A DNA stretch of 64,000 nt from Escherichia coli (GCF_013315695.1 NZ_CP054353.1), one strand, 5' to 3'; shown: positions 40,112 to 53,548, counted from the stretch's first letter. Made by a program: numbers and translations. The notes: generated from the letters alone by a model not told the origin.

Positions 40112-40137
40112 AAAAAGCGCCGCACGGCGCTTTTTTT
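40112..40137. terminator. Bidirectional rho-independent terminator between rpmE and yiiX
   Basis: aaaaaagcgccgcacggcgcttttttt: GC stem flanked by A and T runs. Confidence 0.7.
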
Positions 40138-40157
40138 GTGCCTGAATTTTGGTCGTA

Positions 40158-40766
40158 TTACCACGAAAACAGCGGCCATTCTTTGGCGACCGTAGTGAGT
40201 TGTGGCGCATCGAAAACGGCTTGGGGTGAAACTACCGTTTCCTCAAGCGGAATATTTTTGCCGTAGCGTTCTTTGAGCTTCGCCTGGACCAGCGGGTTGC
40301 TGAGATCGAACTCTTTCAACTTCTGCTGTTCGCCTACGCGCATTCCCAGCGCATTCTGATAAACCTTCCACACCACTTCCGAACAGTACTGGCGATCGTC
40401 GCTCCACGAGAAGCTGAAATCGTACGGTTTGCCGAGATAACGTTTTGCCGTTTGCGCCAGTTTTTGCTGTTGTTCAACACTCAGTCCGCCTTCAACGCGG
40501 CGAACAACGTATTTGCCCTTTTCACCATGGGCAATCCACTGCTTGAGCGGGGTGTATTTCACCGGGCCGACCGCTTCAAAAACGTAGGGCTTTTTGTTAC
40601 GCATCACCAGCATACCGGTGTGGCTGTAATCGGAATGGGTCGCCAGTTGGATCGCTTTACTTTGCGATGAGCGAGAGATTTGAAAGATGATGTCGCCAGT
40701 TTGCGGCTGCCAGGCAAAGGCAGGCACAGAAACCAGCAGGCTGAGGATCAGTAGCCTGTATTTCAT
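40158..40766 (-). CDS. yiiX: Putative peptidoglycan peptidase / NlpC-P60-like protein YiiX
   Basis: 202-aa ORF with signal peptide MKYRLLILSLLVSVPAFA. Confidence 0.85.
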   Translation of the reverse strand: MKYRLLILSLLVSVPAFAWQPQTGDIIFQISRSSQSKAIQLATHSDYSHTGMLVMRNKKPYVFEAVGPVKYTPLKQWIAHGEKGKYVVRRVEGGLSVEQQQKLAQTAKRYLGKPYDFSFSWSDDRQYCSEVVWKVYQNALGMRVGEQQKLKEFDLSNPLVQAKLKERYGKNIPLEETVVSPQAVFDAPQLTTVAKEWPLFSW

Positions 40767-40825
40767 CGTTAAACGTCCATGTATGAAAAAAGCGGCTGGT
40801 TAACTCCGCGCCGCTCTTTTCCGCT

Positions 40826-41143
40826 TTAGTATTCCCACGTCTCCGGGTTAATCCCCATCTCACGCATGATCTCTTTTGCCGCTTCCGGGATTTCGTCGCT
40901 GCGCTCTTTACGCAGGTCGGCATCATCCGGCAAAGGTTGCCCGGTAAAGGCATGCAGAAACGCTTCGCACAGCAGCTCGCTGTTGGTAGCGTGACGCAGG
41001 TTGTTCACCTGACGACGCGTGCGTTCATCGGTGAGGATTTTTAACACCTTAAGAGGAATGGAAACCGTAATCTTTTTGACTTGTTCACTCTTCTTGCCGT
41101 GCTCAGCGTATGGGCTGATATATTCGCCGCTCCATTCAGCCAT
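40826..41143 (-). CDS. metJ: Methionine repressor MetJ
   Basis: ORF 40826..41281 trimmed to [46 protein letters not shown] for 105 aa. Confidence 0.95.
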
Positions 41144-41331
41144 GAGATACTTAATCCTCTTCGTCAATAAATTGAGACCAGACCACACAGTTAATGTGGG
41201 TACTGACCGTAAACCCGCATAGTTTACCGTACAGGCGCTACCGTGACATCGTGTAATGCACCTGTCGGCGTGATAATGCATATAATTTTAACGGCTATTT
41301 GGGATTTGCTCAATCTATACGCAAAGAAGTT

Positions 41332-41368
41332 TAGATGTCCAGATGTATTGACGTCCATTAACACAATG
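41332..41368. promoter_or_regulatory. Tandem met boxes (MetJ operator) in the metJ/metB divergent region
   Basis: agatgtcc agatgtat tgacgtcc: consecutive 8-bp repeats close to the AGACGTCT consensus. Confidence 0.7.
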
Positions 41369-41419
41369 TTTACTCTGGTGCCTGACATTTCACCGACCAA
41401 GCCCAGGGAACTTCATCAC

Positions 41420-42580
41420 ATGACGCGTAAACAGGCCACCATCGCAGTGCGTAGCGGGTTAAATGACGACGAACAGTATGGTTGCGTTGTCCCTCCCATC
41501 CATCTTTCCAGCACCTATAACTTTATCGGATTTAATGAACCGCGCGCGCATGATTACTCGCGGCGCGGCAACCCAACGCGCGATGTGGTTCAGCGTGCGC
41601 TGGCAGAACTGGAAGGCGGTGCTGGTGCAGTACTTACTAATACCGGCATGTCCGCGATTCACCTGGTAACGACCGTCTTTTTGAAACCTGGCGATCTGCT
41701 GGTTGCGCCGCACGACTGCTACGGCGGTAGCTATCGCCTGTTCGACAGCCTGGCAAAACGCGGTTGCTATCGCGTGTTGTTTGTTGATCAAGGCGATGAA
41801 CAGGCATTACGGGCAGCGCTGGCAGAAAACCCCAAACTGGTACTGGTAGAAAGCCCAAGTAATCCATTGTTACGCGTCGTGGATATTGCGAAAATCTGCC
41901 ATCTGGCAAGGGAAGCCGGGGCGGTGAGCGTGGTGGATAACACCTTCTTAAGCCCGGCATTACAAAATCCGCTGGCATTAGGTGCCGATCTGGTGTTGCA
42001 TTCATGCACGAAATATCTGAACGGTCACTCAGACGTGGTGGCTGGCGTGGTGATTGCTAAAGACCCGGACGTTGTCACTGAACTTGCCTGGTGGGCAAAC
42101 AATATTGGCGTGACGGGCGGCGCGTTTGACAGCTATCTGCTGCTACGTGGTTTGCGAACGCTGGTGCCGCGTATGGAGCTGGCCCAGCGCAACGCGCAGG
42201 CAATTGTGAACTATCTGCAAACCCAGCCGTTGGTGAAAAAACTGTATCACCCGTCGCTGCCGGAAAATCAGGGGCATGAAATTGCCGTGCGCCAACAAAA
42301 AGGCTTTGGCGCAATGTTGAGTTTTGAACTGGATGGCGATGAGCAGACGCTGCGTCGTTTCCTGGGCGGGCTGTCGTTATTTACGCTGGCGGAATCATTA
42401 GGGGGAGTGGAAAGTTTAATCTCTCACGCCGCAACCATGACACATGCAGGCATGGCGCCAGAAGCGCGTGCTGCCGCCGGGATCTCCGAGACGCTGCTGC
42501 GTATCTCCACCGGTATTGAAGATGGCGAAGATTTAATTGCCGACCTGGAAAATGGCTTCCGGGCTGCAAACAAGGGGTAA
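41420..42580 (+). CDS. metB: Cystathionine gamma-synthase
   Basis: ORF 41243..42580 trimmed to MTRKQATIAVRSGLNDDEQYGCVVPPIHLSSTYNF for 386 aa; PLP-dependent. Confidence 0.95.
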   Translation: MTRKQATIAVRSGLNDDEQYGCVVPPIHLSSTYNFIGFNEPRAHDYSRRGNPTRDVVQRALAELEGGAGAVLTNTGMSAIHLVTTVFLKPGDLLVAPHDCYGGSYRLFDSLAKRGCYRVLFVDQGDEQALRAALAENPKLVLVESPSNPLLRVVDIAKICHLAREAGAVSVVDNTFLSPALQNPLALGADLVLHSCTKYLNGHSDVVAGVVIAKDPDVVTELAWWANNIGVTGGAFDSYLLLRGLRTLVPRMELAQRNAQAIVNYLQTQPLVKKLYHPSLPENQGHEIAVRQQKGFGAMLSFELDGDEQTLRRFLGGLSLFTLAESLGGVESLISHAATMTHAGMAPEARAAAGISETLLRISTGIEDGEDLIADLENGFRAANKG

Positions 42581-42582
42581 AA

Positions 42583-45015
42583 ATGAGTGTGATTGCGCAG
42601 GCAGGGGCGAAAGGTCGTCAACTGCATAAATTTGGTGGCAGTAGTCTGGCTGATGTGAAGTGTTATTTGCGTGTCGCGGGCATTATGGCGGAGTACTCTC
42701 AGCCTGACGATATGATGGTGGTTTCCGCCGCCGGTAGCACCACTAACCAGTTGATTAACTGGTTGAAACTAAGCCAGACCGATCGTCTCTCTGCGCATCA
42801 GGTTCAACAAACGCTGCGTCGCTATCAGTGCGATCTGATTAGCGGCCTGTTACCCGCCGAAGAAGCCGATAGCCTTATTAGCGCTTTTATCAGCGATCTG
42901 GAGCGCCTGGCGGCGTTGCTCGACAGCGGTATTAACGACGCGGTGTATGCAGAAGTGGTGGGCCACGGTGAAGTGTGGTCGGCGCGCCTGATGTCTGCGG
43001 TACTTAATCAACAAGGGCTGCCAGCGGCCTGGCTTGATGCCCGCGAGTTTTTACGCGCTGAACGCGCTGCGCAACCGCAGGTTGATGAAGGGCTTTCTTA
43101 CCCGTTGCTGCAACAGCTACTGGTACAACATCCGGGCAAACGTCTGGTGGTGACCGGGTTTATCAGCCGTAACAACGCCGGTGAAACGGTGCTGCTGGGG
43201 CGTAACGGTTCCGACTATTCCGCGACACAAATCGGTGCGCTGGCGGGTGTTTCCCGCGTAACCATTTGGAGCGATGTCGCCGGGGTATACAGTGCCGACC
43301 CGCGTAAAGTGAAAGATGCCTGTCTGCTGCCATTGCTGCGTCTTGATGAAGCCAGTGAACTGGCGCGTCTGGCGGCCCCCGTTCTTCACGCCCGTACTTT
43401 ACAGCCAGTATCCGGTAGTGAAATCGACCTGCAACTGCGCTGTAGCTACACGCCGGATCAAGGTTCCACGCGCATTGAACGCGTGCTGGCCTCAGGTACT
43501 GGCGCGCGTATTGTCACCAGCCACGATGATGTCTGTTTGATTGAGTTTCAGGTGCCCGCCAGTCAGGATTTCAAACTGGCGCATAAAGAGATCGACCAGA
43601 TCCTGAAACGTGCTCAGGTGCGCCCACTGGCGGTTGGCGTACATAACGATCGCCAGTTGCTGCAATTTTGCTACACCTCAGAAGTCGCTGACAGTGCGCT
43701 GAAAATTCTCGACGAAGCGGGATTACCTGGCGAACTGCGCCTGCGTCAGGGGCTGGCGCTGGTGGCGATGGTTGGGGCGGGCGTAACCCGTAACCCGCTG
43801 CATTGCCACCGCTTCTGGCAGCAACTGAAAGGCCAGCCGGTCGAATTTACCTGGCAGTCCGATGACGGCATCAGCCTGGTGGCAGTACTGCGCACCGGGC
43901 CGACCGAAAGCCTGATTCAGGGTCTGCATCAGTCCGTCTTTCGCGCGGAAAAACGCATCGGCCTGGTATTGTTCGGCAAGGGCAATATCGGTTCCCGCTG
44001 GCTGGAACTGTTCGCCCGTGAGCAGAGCACGCTTTCGGCGCGTACCGGCTTTGAATTTGTGCTGGCAGGCGTGGTGGACAGCCGCCGCAGCCTGTTGAGC
44101 TATGACGGGCTGGACGCCAGCCGCGCGTTAGCCTTCTTCAACGATGAAGCGGTCGAGCAGGATGAAGAGTCGCTGTTCCTGTGGATGCGCGCCCATCCGT
44201 ATGATGATTTAGTGGTGCTGGACGTTACCGCCAGCCAGCAGCTTGCTGATCAGTATCTCGATTTTGCCAGCCACGGTTTCCACGTCATCAGCGCCAACAA
44301 ACTGGCGGGAGCCAGCGACAGCAATAAATATCGCCAGATCCACGACGCCTTCGAAAAAACCGGGCGTCACTGGCTGTACAATGCCACTGTCGGTGCGGGT
44401 TTGCCGATCAACCATACCGTGCGCGATCTGATCGACAGCGGCGATACCATTTTGTCGATCAGTGGGATCTTCTCTGGCACGCTCTCCTGGCTGTTCCTGC
44501 AATTCGACGGTAGCGTGCCGTTTACCGAGCTGGTGGATCAGGCGTGGCAGCAGGGCTTAACCGAGCCTGATCCGCGTGATGACCTTTCCGGCAAAGACGT
44601 GATGCGCAAGCTGGTGATTCTGGCGCGTGAAGCGGGTTACAACATTGAACCGGACCAGGTGCGTGTTGAATCACTGGTGCCAACCCATTGCGAAGGTGGA
44701 AGCATCGACCATTTCTTTGAAAATGGCGATGAACTTAATGAGCAGATGGTACAACGGTTGGAAGCGGCCCGTGAAATGGGGCTGGTGTTGCGCTACGTGG
44801 CGCGTTTCGATGCCAACGGCAAAGCGCGAGTAGGCGTGGAAGCGGTGCGAGAAGACCATCCGCTGGCATCACTACTACCGTGCGATAACGTCTTTGCCAT
44901 CGAAAGCCGCTGGTATCGCGACAACCCGCTGGTGATCCGCGGGCCAGGTGCAGGGCGCGATGTCACCGCCGGGGCGATTCAGTCGGATATTAACCGTCTG
45001 GCGCAGTTGTTGTAA
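42583..45015 (+). CDS. metL: Bifunctional aspartokinase II / homoserine dehydrogenase II
   Basis: 810-aa ORF directly after metB. Confidence 0.96.
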   Translation: MSVIAQAGAKGRQLHKFGGSSLADVKCYLRVAGIMAEYSQPDDMMVVSAAGSTTNQLINWLKLSQTDRLSAHQVQQTLRRYQCDLISGLLPAEEADSLISAFISDLERLAALLDSGINDAVYAEVVGHGEVWSARLMSAVLNQQGLPAAWLDAREFLRAERAAQPQVDEGLSYPLLQQLLVQHPGKRLVVTGFISRNNAGETVLLGRNGSDYSATQIGALAGVSRVTIWSDVAGVYSADPRKVKDACLLPLLRLDEASELARLAAPVLHARTLQPVSGSEIDLQLRCSYTPDQGSTRIERVLASGTGARIVTSHDDVCLIEFQVPASQDFKLAHKEIDQILKRAQVRPLAVGVHNDRQLLQFCYTSEVADSALKILDEAGLPGELRLRQGLALVAMVGAGVTRNPLHCHRFWQQLKGQPVEFTWQSDDGISLVAVLRTGPTESLIQGLHQSVFRAEKRIGLVLFGKGNIGSRWLELFAREQSTLSARTGFEFVLAGVVDSRRSLLSYDGLDASRALAFFNDEAVEQDEESLFLWMRAHPYDDLVVLDVTASQQLADQYLDFASHGFHVISANKLAGASDSNKYRQIHDAFEKTGRHWLYNATVGAGLPINHTVRDLIDSGDTILSISGIFSGTLSWLFLQFDGSVPFTELVDQAWQQGLTEPDPRDDLSGKDVMRKLVILAREAGYNIEPDQVRVESLVPTHCEGGSIDHFFENGDELNEQMVQRLEAAREMGLVLRYVARFDANGKARVGVEAVREDHPLASLLPCDNVFAIESRWYRDNPLVIRGPGAGRDVTAGAIQSDINRLAQLL

Positions 45016-46109
45016 TCCTGAGCCAGAGAAAGCAGTATTTGCGTAACGCGCCCTGCGGAAAGCGGGGTGCTGTGAGTAAATACTGCTTGTTTATGTAGCC
45101 AGTCGATAAAATGTCTGCTGGTTGCGAAAGAGAGCATTACAGCTTTGCTGTTATTTCCGCCCGTTAATGCACATACCATTTTACGATTTTTGCCCTGAAC
45201 CCAGAGTTGCCACTGATTTTTCCACCAGCCGTGATAAGTTTTTCCCTGAAAACGCCAGGGCGTATTATCGGTATAGTCAGCTATTTCCTCTTCAATAAAC
45301 CAAATTTCACCTTGCTGTTGGCGAAACAGTTCTGCCCAGGCCGTAATAATCGCACCTCTTAAAAAACACTCGTGTGAAATTACATGTGTTTTTACTGTAG
45401 GGAATAAAATATTCAGTACTCTAAAATGCCCGTGCGCTGTGATAACCGGACGCAGAATAACACCTTTAGCATTGCGTTTGAGCGCTGCGCTGCCATACTG
45501 AATTTCATCAAACTGACTGCGGCGTAGAAATTGTGCTTCGCGCATATCAACGCGTTGTACAATATTACTCTCGTGTAACTCTGGTTCTGCATTTCCTCTG
45601 TATCGATAATACAGACTTTCTCCAGCCTGATGCTGCGTGTAATTAGTAGAAAGATGAAGAATATTACCGCGAAGAGCATCAAAACTGATTAAAACATACA
45701 GTTTCTGCCCGCCGCTGGCTCCCTGAAATGGCACCAGAAGAGCAACCGTTTCGATTATTTCAGGAGGCGTTATTTCTTTCTGATATTGTTTAGGTGTCCA
45801 GACTTTTTTGCAGTTACGACATTGAATGCGTTGCGACCCCTGTGGATTGTGGCCATAACAAATCGTCTTTGTGCCATAACATACCGGGCAGAAATGACCT
45901 TTCTCAGTTGCAAAAGTAGATAAGTGAACTGACAACCAGTCACGAAATTGCTGTTCGTCAAACAACGGCGGGTAACTTCCACATGCCCGACAGTGCAGTG
46001 CCGGATAACCCAGTCGATAGTCTGGCCAGCTGTAATCTGTCGAAGTTGGCTGCCCTAAATTACGGCAACCAAACGACTTGCAGGCATTAATCGTAAACAG
46101 AGTCGACAT
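44979..46109 (-). CDS. Uncharacterized protein with two N-terminal CxxC...CxxC zinc-ribbon-like motifs; absent from the K-12 metL-metF junction
   Basis: 376-aa ORF; Cys pairs in CKSFGCRNLG ... CRACGS and CPVCYG ... CRNCKK; 3' end overlaps the metL 3' end by 37 bp (convergent); no confident family assignment. Confidence 0.5.
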   Translation of the reverse strand: MSTLFTINACKSFGCRNLGQPTSTDYSWPDYRLGYPALHCRACGSYPPLFDEQQFRDWLSVHLSTFATEKGHFCPVCYGTKTICYGHNPQGSQRIQCRNCKKVWTPKQYQKEITPPEIIETVALLVPFQGASGGQKLYVLISFDALRGNILHLSTNYTQHQAGESLYYRYRGNAEPELHESNIVQRVDMREAQFLRRSQFDEIQYGSAALKRNAKGVILRPVITAHGHFRVLNILFPTVKTHVISHECFLRGAIITAWAELFRQQQGEIWFIEEEIADYTDNTPWRFQGKTYHGWWKNQWQLWVQGKNRKMVCALTGGNNSKAVMLSFATSRHFIDWLHKQAVFTHSTPLSAGRVTQILLSLAQDYNNCARRLISD

Positions 46110-46235
46110 ATATCACCAACGATTTCACAAGGTCGTTGATTTTGTCCGGCAACGCTCCCTTGTGGATGTGATTGCTCTCACATAAATAATTCTTTCAGAA
46201 CGTAATGTAGCAATCCTTTATCTCACTGGAAGGGA

Positions 46236-47795
46236 TTGTTTATGAAAATTAAAATGCTTGCTGCGGGTATCGCATTAACACTGCCGTTTTGGGCTTGCGC
46301 CAAAGATGTCACCATCATTTATACCAACGACCTCCATGCACATGTAGAGCCTTATAAAGTGCCGTGGATTGCTGACGGTAAACGAGATATTGGCGGCTGG
46401 GCAAATATCACTACGCTTGTTAAACAAGAAAAAGCTAAAAACAAAGCGACCTGGTTTTTTGATGCGGGTGACTATTTTACCGGGCCGTATATCAGCAGCC
46501 TGACTAAAGGCAAGGCGATTATCGATATTATGAATACCATGCCATTCGATGCGGTCACTATAGGTAATCATGAATTTGATCACGGCTGGGACAATACGTT
46601 ATTACAGTTGAGTCAGGCAAAATTCCCGATTGTGCAGGGTAATGTTTTTTATCAGAACAGCAGTAAATCATTCTGGGATAAGCCCTATACCATCATTGAA
46701 AAAGACGGCGTGAAAATTGGCGTGATTGGTTTGCACGGTGTATTTGCCTTTAATGATACGGTATCTGCGGCAACGCGAGTGGGTATTGAGGCGCGTGATG
46801 AAATTAAATGGCTACAACGTTATATCGATGAACTCAAAGGCAAGGTTGATTTGACCGTTGCGCTGATTCACGAAGGTGTTCCGGCCCGCCAGTCCAGTAT
46901 GGGGGGCACAGATGTGCGCCGCGCACTGGATAAAGATATTCAGACGGCAAGTCAGGTGAAAGGGCTGGATATTTTGATCACCGGGCATGCACATGTGGGT
47001 ACGCCGGAACCGATTAAAGTCGGCAATACGCTCATCCTCTCCACTGACAGCGGTGGGATTGATGTCGGTAAACTGGTACTGGACTACAAAGAGAAGCCGC
47101 ATGATTTTACGGTGAAAAACTTCGAGCTTAAAACCATTTACGCCGACGAGTGGAAGCCCGATCCGCAAACAAAACAGGTGATCGACGGCTGGAATAAAAA
47201 GCTTGATGAAGTGGTGCAACAAACGGTCGCGCAATCGCCGGTTGAATTAAAACGTGCCTATGGTGAATCGGCTTCCCTCGGGAACCTGGCGGCTGATGCT
47301 TTACTGGTAGCGGCGGGTAAAAACACCCAATTGGCGTTAACCAACTCTGGCGGCATTCGCAATGAGATCCCCGCAGGGGCGATTACGATGGGCGGCGTCA
47401 TCAGTACCTTCCCGTTCCCCAACGAACTGGTGACGATGGAACTCACGGGTAAACAATTACGCAGTTTGATGGAACACGGCGCAAGTTTAAGTAATGGCGT
47501 TTTACAGGTATCGAAAGGCCTGGAAATGAAGTACGACAGCAGCAAACCGGTTGGTCAGCGGGTAATCACACTGACTCTGAATGGCAAACCCATTGAAGAT
47601 GCGACAGTTTATTCTATTGCCACCCAGAGTTTCCTTGCTGATGGTGGAGATGGTTTTACCGCCTTTACCGAAGGGAAAGCGCGTAACACAACGGGCGGTT
47701 ATTACGTTTATCACGCCGTGGTTGATTACTTCAAAGCGGGTAACACCATCACGGATGAACAGATCAACGGTATGCGCGTGAAAGATATCAAGTAA
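46236..47795 (+). CDS. Secreted bifunctional metallophosphatase / 5'-nucleotidase-like protein (UshA/CpdB family)
   Basis: 519-aa ORF; signal peptide [20 protein letters not shown]; calcineurin-like motifs DLHAH, GDYF, GNHEFD, GHAH; C-terminal 5'-nucleotidase-type motif NSGGIR. Confidence 0.7.
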   Translation: MFMKIKMLAAGIALTLPFWACAKDVTIIYTNDLHAHVEPYKVPWIADGKRDIGGWANITTLVKQEKAKNKATWFFDAGDYFTGPYISSLTKGKAIIDIMNTMPFDAVTIGNHEFDHGWDNTLLQLSQAKFPIVQGNVFYQNSSKSFWDKPYTIIEKDGVKIGVIGLHGVFAFNDTVSAATRVGIEARDEIKWLQRYIDELKGKVDLTVALIHEGVPARQSSMGGTDVRRALDKDIQTASQVKGLDILITGHAHVGTPEPIKVGNTLILSTDSGGIDVGKLVLDYKEKPHDFTVKNFELKTIYADEWKPDPQTKQVIDGWNKKLDEVVQQTVAQSPVELKRAYGESASLGNLAADALLVAAGKNTQLALTNSGGIRNEIPAGAITMGGVISTFPFPNELVTMELTGKQLRSLMEHGASLSNGVLQVSKGLEMKYDSSKPVGQRVITLTLNGKPIEDATVYSIATQSFLADGGDGFTAFTEGKARNTTGGYYVYHAVVDYFKAGNTITDEQINGMRVKDIK

Positions 47796-48103
47796 AAGTA
47801 CGTATTGAGTTGATTCATTTGTTTGTTACCCGTTGATTTTGCAGATCCAGTATTCGGCCTACGCGAGGGCGCAGGCCGAATCAGATGCCTTAGCATCACC
47901 ATCCGGTGGCAGGACGTTGTTTTTCGAATAAGCCCAGGTGTCGCTGTGTTGTCAGAATATCAGTCAAAACGTGCGAGGTGGATTGCGCTATAGAGAAATC
48001 TTTTATCGCCTCTAATTAAGATGAGTTTTTTTCAACTTCCCTGATTTTTCCTCACCATCATTGGTCATTTTTCGGTTGACGCCCCTCGGCTTTTCCTTCA
48101 TCT

Positions 48104-48150
48104 TTACATCTGGACGTCTAAATGGATAGATGTTCACAACACAACATATA
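48104..48150 (+). promoter_or_regulatory. metF promoter met-box array
   Basis: acatctggacgtctaaatggatagatg contains GACGTCT-type repeats about 50 bp upstream of metF. Confidence 0.6.
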
Positions 48151-48173
48151 ACTACAAGCGATTGATGAGGTAA

Positions 48174-49067
<894 letters not shown>

Positions 49068-49289
49068 ATACTGTGACTTTTGTGAAAATCACACTGCGAT
49101 CACAAATTTTAAACAGAGCACAAAATGCTGCCTGAAATGCGAGTGAGAAAATAAGGTAGTCAGCCTCGTTTTCTCCCTCATTTCTTGAAGGATACGAATC
49201 TAAAACCCTTTTTTATAAAGTATTTGTCCGAAATCGGACATAATCAAAAAAGCTTAATTACGATCAATTTGATCTACATCTCTTTAACC

Positions 49290-51575
<2,286 letters not shown>

Positions 51576-51668
51576 TCTGACCTTCTTCAGCGACTGCCTT
51601 TCAGGCAGTCGCTGAAGTTTCTTTACCGGCGTATAGTGTCCACAGGAAAACTACACACTGGATCTCTC

Positions 51669-52574
51669 ATGTCTGCCGCAGGAAAGAGCAACCCACTGGC
51701 AATCAGTGGCCTGGTTGTGCTCACACTTATCTGGAGTTATAGCTGGATTTTCATGAAGCAAGTCACCAGCTACATCGGTGCCTTCGACTTTACCGCCTTA
51801 CGCTGCATTTTCGGCGCTCTCGTTTTATTCATCGTCCTTTTATTACGTGGTCGCGGAATGCGCCCGACACCGTTTAAATACACCTTAGCCATTGCCCTGT
51901 TACAAACCTGCGGGATGGTCGGCCTGGCGCAGTGGGCGCTGGTCAGCGGAGGAGCGGGGAAGGTGGCAATCCTGAGCTATACCATGCCGTTCTGGGTGGT
52001 GATTTTCGCCGCGTTGTTTCTCGGTGAACGCCTGCGACGTGGGCAATATTTCGCGATTCTGATTGCCGCTTTCGGCTTATTTTTGGTGTTGCAGCCGTGG
52101 CAACTCGATTTCTCTTCGATGAAAAGCGCCATGCTGGCAATCCTCTCCGGTGTGAGTTGGGGGGCGAGCGCGATTGTTGCTAAACGTCTGTATGCCCGCC
52201 ATCCGCGCGTGGATTTATTGTCGCTAACATCCTGGCAGATGCTGTATGCGGCGCTGGTGATGAGCGTGGTCGCTTTACTGGTGCCGCAACGTGAAATTGA
52301 CTGGCAACCCACCGTGTTCTGGGCGCTGGCCTACAGTGCGATTCTGGCGACAGCGCTGGCGTGGAGCTTATGGTTGTTTGTATTGAAAAACTTGCCTGCC
52401 AGTATTGCCAGCTTAAGCACACTGGCCGTTCCCGTTTGCGGCGTACTCTTTTCCTGGTGGCTGCTCGGTGAGAATCCGGGGGCCGTTGAAGGTAGCGGTA
52501 TTGTGCTGATTGTGCTGGCACTGGCGCTGGTGAGCCGTAAGAAAAAAGAAGCCGTCAGTGTAAAAAGGATCTGA
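51669..52574 (+). CDS. yijE: EamA/DMT-family inner-membrane transporter YijE
   Basis: ORF 51636..52574; start at [26 protein letters not shown] for 301 aa. Confidence 0.88.
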
Positions 52575-52600
52575 ATTTTTTCTTCATGTGGGGAGATCGC

Positions 52601-53218
52601 TTATTTAGCAAAATACCGATAGTGCCCCACCATCCGCCAGCTAAACAGTACATCTTCTTCCTGCGCGCCTGCGCCAATGTTATGTATCACCAGCGGCGTA
52701 CCGTCGCGGGCGAAGCCATCTGACACCACCCCAATATGTGCCAGCCCGTTATCTAATCGCCAGGAGACAATATCGCCCGATTGATAGTCACTGGGGTTCT
52801 TGCTGGTGGGGCGTGTTTTATCGTGGCGGGTAAACCAGGTTTCCAGATTAGGCACCCGACGGTGATCGATGTTGCTGTCCGGGCGCTTTAACTGCCATTT
52901 TTGCGGGTACGCAGCAAAATTCTTCGCCATATCTTCGTGCACCAGTTTCTGCAAATCGACCTTCTGGCTGCGCAATGCACGGATCACCACATCGGAACAT
53001 ACGCCGCGTTCTTGCGGGACATCACCGCCAGGATAGGTAAGCTGCACATACGCCGGATCGTAAAATAGCGTGCTGCCGATTTGCTGTCTGGCACCGTCTG
53101 CGATGGCAAGGTTGGTGTTGGCCTGGATCTGTACCACGGTTGGTGGAACGGCGGGAGATTTTAAGGAGTGGCTGGTAAATGCCGTTAGCAGGCTGACCAG
53201 CACCAGTGAAGCTTTCAT
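52601..53218 (-). CDS. yijF: DUF1287-family periplasmic protein YijF
   Basis: 205-aa ORF with signal peptide MKASLVLVSLLTAFTSHS. Confidence 0.85.
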   Translation of the reverse strand: MKASLVLVSLLTAFTSHSLKSPAVPPTVVQIQANTNLAIADGARQQIGSTLFYDPAYVQLTYPGGDVPQERGVCSDVVIRALRSQKVDLQKLVHEDMAKNFAAYPQKWQLKRPDSNIDHRRVPNLETWFTRHDKTRPTSKNPSDYQSGDIVSWRLDNGLAHIGVVSDGFARDGTPLVIHNIGAGAQEEDVLFSWRMVGHYRYFAK

Positions 53219-53365
53219 CTGGTTCGTCCGTGAAAATAAGAGTCACAGATTCGACCTTCCGGGCTAACGATTGTTCTGTAGAGAAAATGTCCAGAAGCGG
53301 ATAAAAAATTCCTGAACAACGTGGGAGTTTCAGACGGGTGATAACGTATAAAAAGTGCTCGAACA

Positions 53366-53471
53366 GTCCCCTCTCCCCTTTGGGGAGAGGGTTAGGGTGA
53401 GGGGAACAGGCCAACTCCGGGGCGAATATTTACCCTCACCCCGACCCTCTCCCTGAAAGGGCGAGGGGGAA
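53366..53471. repeat. GC-rich nested inverted-repeat intergenic element (BoxC/RSA-like enterobacterial repeat)
   Basis: ccctctcccc-ttt-ggggagaggg then gggtgagggg ... ccctcaccccgaccctctccc; the track ORF 53022..53414 lies across it. Confidence 0.55.
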
Positions 53472-53516
53472 AAACATGCCCGCAGTGACGAGTGAGCCAC
53501 TTTGCCTGCACTCTCA

Positions 53517-53541
53517 AACTCCCGGACAAGCCGGGAGTTTG
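53517..53541 (-). terminator. Terminator-like hairpin downstream of gldA
   Basis: aaactcccgg-acaa-gccgggagttt, just 3' of the gldA stop; T-tract weak. Confidence 0.4.
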
Positions 53542-53548
53542 GAGTAGG

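Noticed and set aside
44979-46109. Calling the zinc-ribbon ORF an IS transposase or mobile element
   Set aside because: No terminal inverted repeats, target duplications or DDE motif could be identified by eye; left as an uncharacterised CDS
49068-49140. tgtga-N3-tcaca palindrome downstream of metF, possible CRP site
   Set aside because: Spacing is not the CRP TGTGA-N6-TCACA arrangement; more likely part of the metF 3' structure
53022-53414. 130-aa minus-strand ORF in the yijF-gldA spacer
   Set aside because: It is the translation of the GC-rich palindromic repeat plus the yijF 3' end; no coding signal
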